Shown here one piece after another: positions 53,782 through 55,435 of a stretch of 55,435 bases of DNA. The stretch comes from a virus. Its lineage: Duplodnaviria; Caudoviricetes. The stretch is from IMG/VR virus record IMGVR_UViG_3300019880_000002, positions 1 through 55,435 of that record; one strand, 5' to 3'. Each line of letters opens with the position of its first letter. Position 1 is the stretch's first letter. The position numbers were made by a program, and so were the translations under genes. The notes below the pieces were generated by a model that did not search any database, was not told the origin of the DNA, and saw only the letters and a program-made list of their open reading frames with translations.

Positions 53782-53783
53782 TG

Positions 53784-54635
53784 TTATCTCCAAGCATTTC
53801 TGTAGCTGACAGTTAGCGTTCCTGAACCGGATGCGCCGCCGAACCTAATGAACGTACTTCCAGCTCTGAATAGGAACCAGTCGGAAGATAGCATCGAGCT
53901 TCGACGGTTGGTTGTACCATTCAGAACAACTGTGCGAGCCGCAAGATCGATGACTAAGGTATCGCCACCCAGAAGAGTGATACTGAATGGTAGAACTTTG
54001 CCATCAGTATCGTTGGTGATGCGAGGGTCTACAACAGGTCCTGTGATGGTTAGGAGTGCTGGCGTAGGTCTGTTGCCTGAGTTAATGATGAACTGACCAT
54101 TGGGTGGTACAGTCGCACCGAAGCTTAGATTGAATCCGTAGCTGAACGCATAGCCTGTAGTTGCTGAGCCGCCGAATGGGATAACTATGTTGTTCAAGAG
54201 GTTGTCATAGATCCGAGGGTCTTCAGCATACATCAGGAACTGAACAGGACTCGCACCAATTCGTCGAGCAGTATCCCAATCGTACTTTACGCCACGAGGC
54301 TTAACGAAGATGACTCGCTCAGCTACTCCAGGCGCTTTAAGTACCAATGGAATAGGACTAGTCACAGGTGCATAGTTACCCTTGAGCGAATCGAAGTAGG
54401 TCTCTGAGGTAGTCACACTAGCGTAGGCAGTACCTTCAATGGAAAGGTCTCTACCAGTTTCGAACTCAGCATCGATGAAGCCACCATCTGTACCTTCATG
54501 GTCTCGGATCGTTTCTCTATAAGGCGCAGAGTCTAATCCGACCACCCGATCAACGTCGACGAAAGGAATACCGACACTATCGTCGTTCAGGACCACACCT
54601 GAATTGAGCTGGAACGTATAATCGGTGAGTGGCAT
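53784..54635 (-). CDS. Distal tail protein (Dit)
   Basis: Directly after TMP; AEDPRIY and NSGNRPTPALLTITGP motifs. Confidence 0.85.
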   Translation of the reverse strand: MPLTDYTFQLNSGVVLNDDSVGIPFVDVDRVVGLDSAPYRETIRDHEGTDGGFIDAEFETGRDLSIEGTAYASVTTSETYFDSLKGNYAPVTSPIPLVLKAPGVAERVIFVKPRGVKYDWDTARRIGASPVQFLMYAEDPRIYDNLLNNIVIPFGGSATTGYAFSYGFNLSFGATVPPNGQFIINSGNRPTPALLTITGPVVDPRITNDTDGKVLPFSITLLGGDTLVIDLAARTVVLNGTTNRRSSMLSSDWFLFRAGSTFIRFGGASGSGTLTVSYRNAWR

Positions 54636-55303
54636 TATAACCTACCATTCAGCAGGAAGCCTAATTCGGATGCGTGCCTCTGCGGCCGAATCTCTTGGGT
54701 AGTAATATTGAAGACCTGCTGGACACTCGAACCACCTGTTGCAGGGGCCTCAGTCAATCTATTGCTCAGCTTGCCAAGTGCTGAAGTAACTCCAACGCCT
54801 AGTGAGGGTTCTTGCGAAGCCATACCATCTGCGATCATCTTCACGATCTTTTGACCAGCTAAGAAAGGACTTCCCTTCCCTGACAGCGGACCAATCTTGG
54901 CCGGTGAGAATGGAAGGTGATCCCTAATGAGCTTGGTGATGTTACTGATGATCGAGGTAACCTGATTGATCTTGCTAGTCATACCATCAATCAGGCCCTG
55001 AATGATATTCTTGCCAGCCTGTACCAACATACCACCAGCATTGGAGAACAGGCTCTTGATGTCGTTCCAGATGTTATTGATGTTGTCTCTCGCCCTTCCA
55101 AACGCGGCGGAGATAACTGCAGTGACGTTATTCCAAATAGCTGAGGCCTGATCCCTAATTACATTCCAAACCCCAAGAACGAACCCGCGAATGAGTCCCC
55201 AATAGAACGTAGTCAATGCATAGATTGCGTTCCATGCACCAGAGAAGATACCAGACCACGTATTCCACGCTTGCGTCGCAAGAGCTGTAATGGTAGACCA
55301 TGC
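54635..55303 (-). CDS. Tape measure protein, 3' part
   Basis: Trp-periodic repeats, AGKNIIQGLIDG, LPFSPAKIGPLSG. Confidence 0.9.
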   Translation of the reverse strand, partial: AWSTITALATQAWNTWSGIFSGAWNAIYALTTFYWGLIRGFVLGVWNVIRDQASAIWNNVTAVISAAFGRARDNINNIWNDIKSLFSNAGGMLVQAGKNIIQGLIDGMTSKINQVTSIISNITKLIRDHLPFSPAKIGPLSGKGSPFLAGQKIVKMIADGMASQEPSLGVGVTSALGKLSNRLTEAPATGGSSVQQVFNITTQEIRPQRHASELGFLLNGRL

Positions 55304-55429
55304 AGCCTTGAGGAACGGAACGATGAAGTTCCACACAGTTGTCACAACAGCTGATATGACATTCCAAGCAGCTGTCCACAATCCTACAATGCCCGCAACA
55401 GCCCAACTGAATACGAACACAACAGACGT
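55304..55429. repeat. Terminal direct repeat, copy 2 (assembly overlap)
   Basis: Identical to 1-126. Confidence 0.95.
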
Positions 55430-55435
55430 ACGAAC

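Noticed and set aside
55304-55435. Terminal repeat as the biological genome end
   Set aside because: It falls in the middle of the tape measure gene and its length resembles an assembler k-mer overlap; true ends are more plausibly near terS

Overview
Apparently complete genome of a tailed, siphovirus-type phage with a probable actinobacterial host (inferred from the tail, holin and endolysin families). Bases 1-126 recur at 55304-55429, so the unit genome is 55,303 bp and the tape-measure gene runs across the window junction. The minus-strand arm (19.3 kb -> 1 -> 49.2 kb) carries TerS, TerL, a fibre/accessory block, Mu-type portal, protease-scaffold, major capsid, neck, a tail tube with an inserted FN3-like domain, a frameshifted tail chaperone, TMP, Dit, a receptor-binding protein, an embedded lysis cassette and Tal-like proteins. 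The plus-strand arm (20.2-49.2 kb) carries many small early genes, a non-coding RNA island, SNF2 helicase, Cas4-like nuclease, AAA ATPase, SSB, primase-helicase, a 7-deazaguanine cluster (queC, queE, queD, folE, MazG-like NTP pyrophosphatase, TGT/DpdA-like enzyme), a UDG-fused PolA and a RuvC-like resolvase. No integrase was seen. The most unusual signals are: five tRNA-shaped RNAs with no canonical anticodon arm (25.9-29.2 kb); about 41 degenerate decamers in exact 10.0-bp register next to terS; a free-standing paralogue of the tail receptor-binding head in the replication arm; a PolA with substituted triphosphate-binding residues beside the deazaguanine genes; and two dispersed DNA motif families. 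All functional calls come from motif recognition by eye; no database searches were run.
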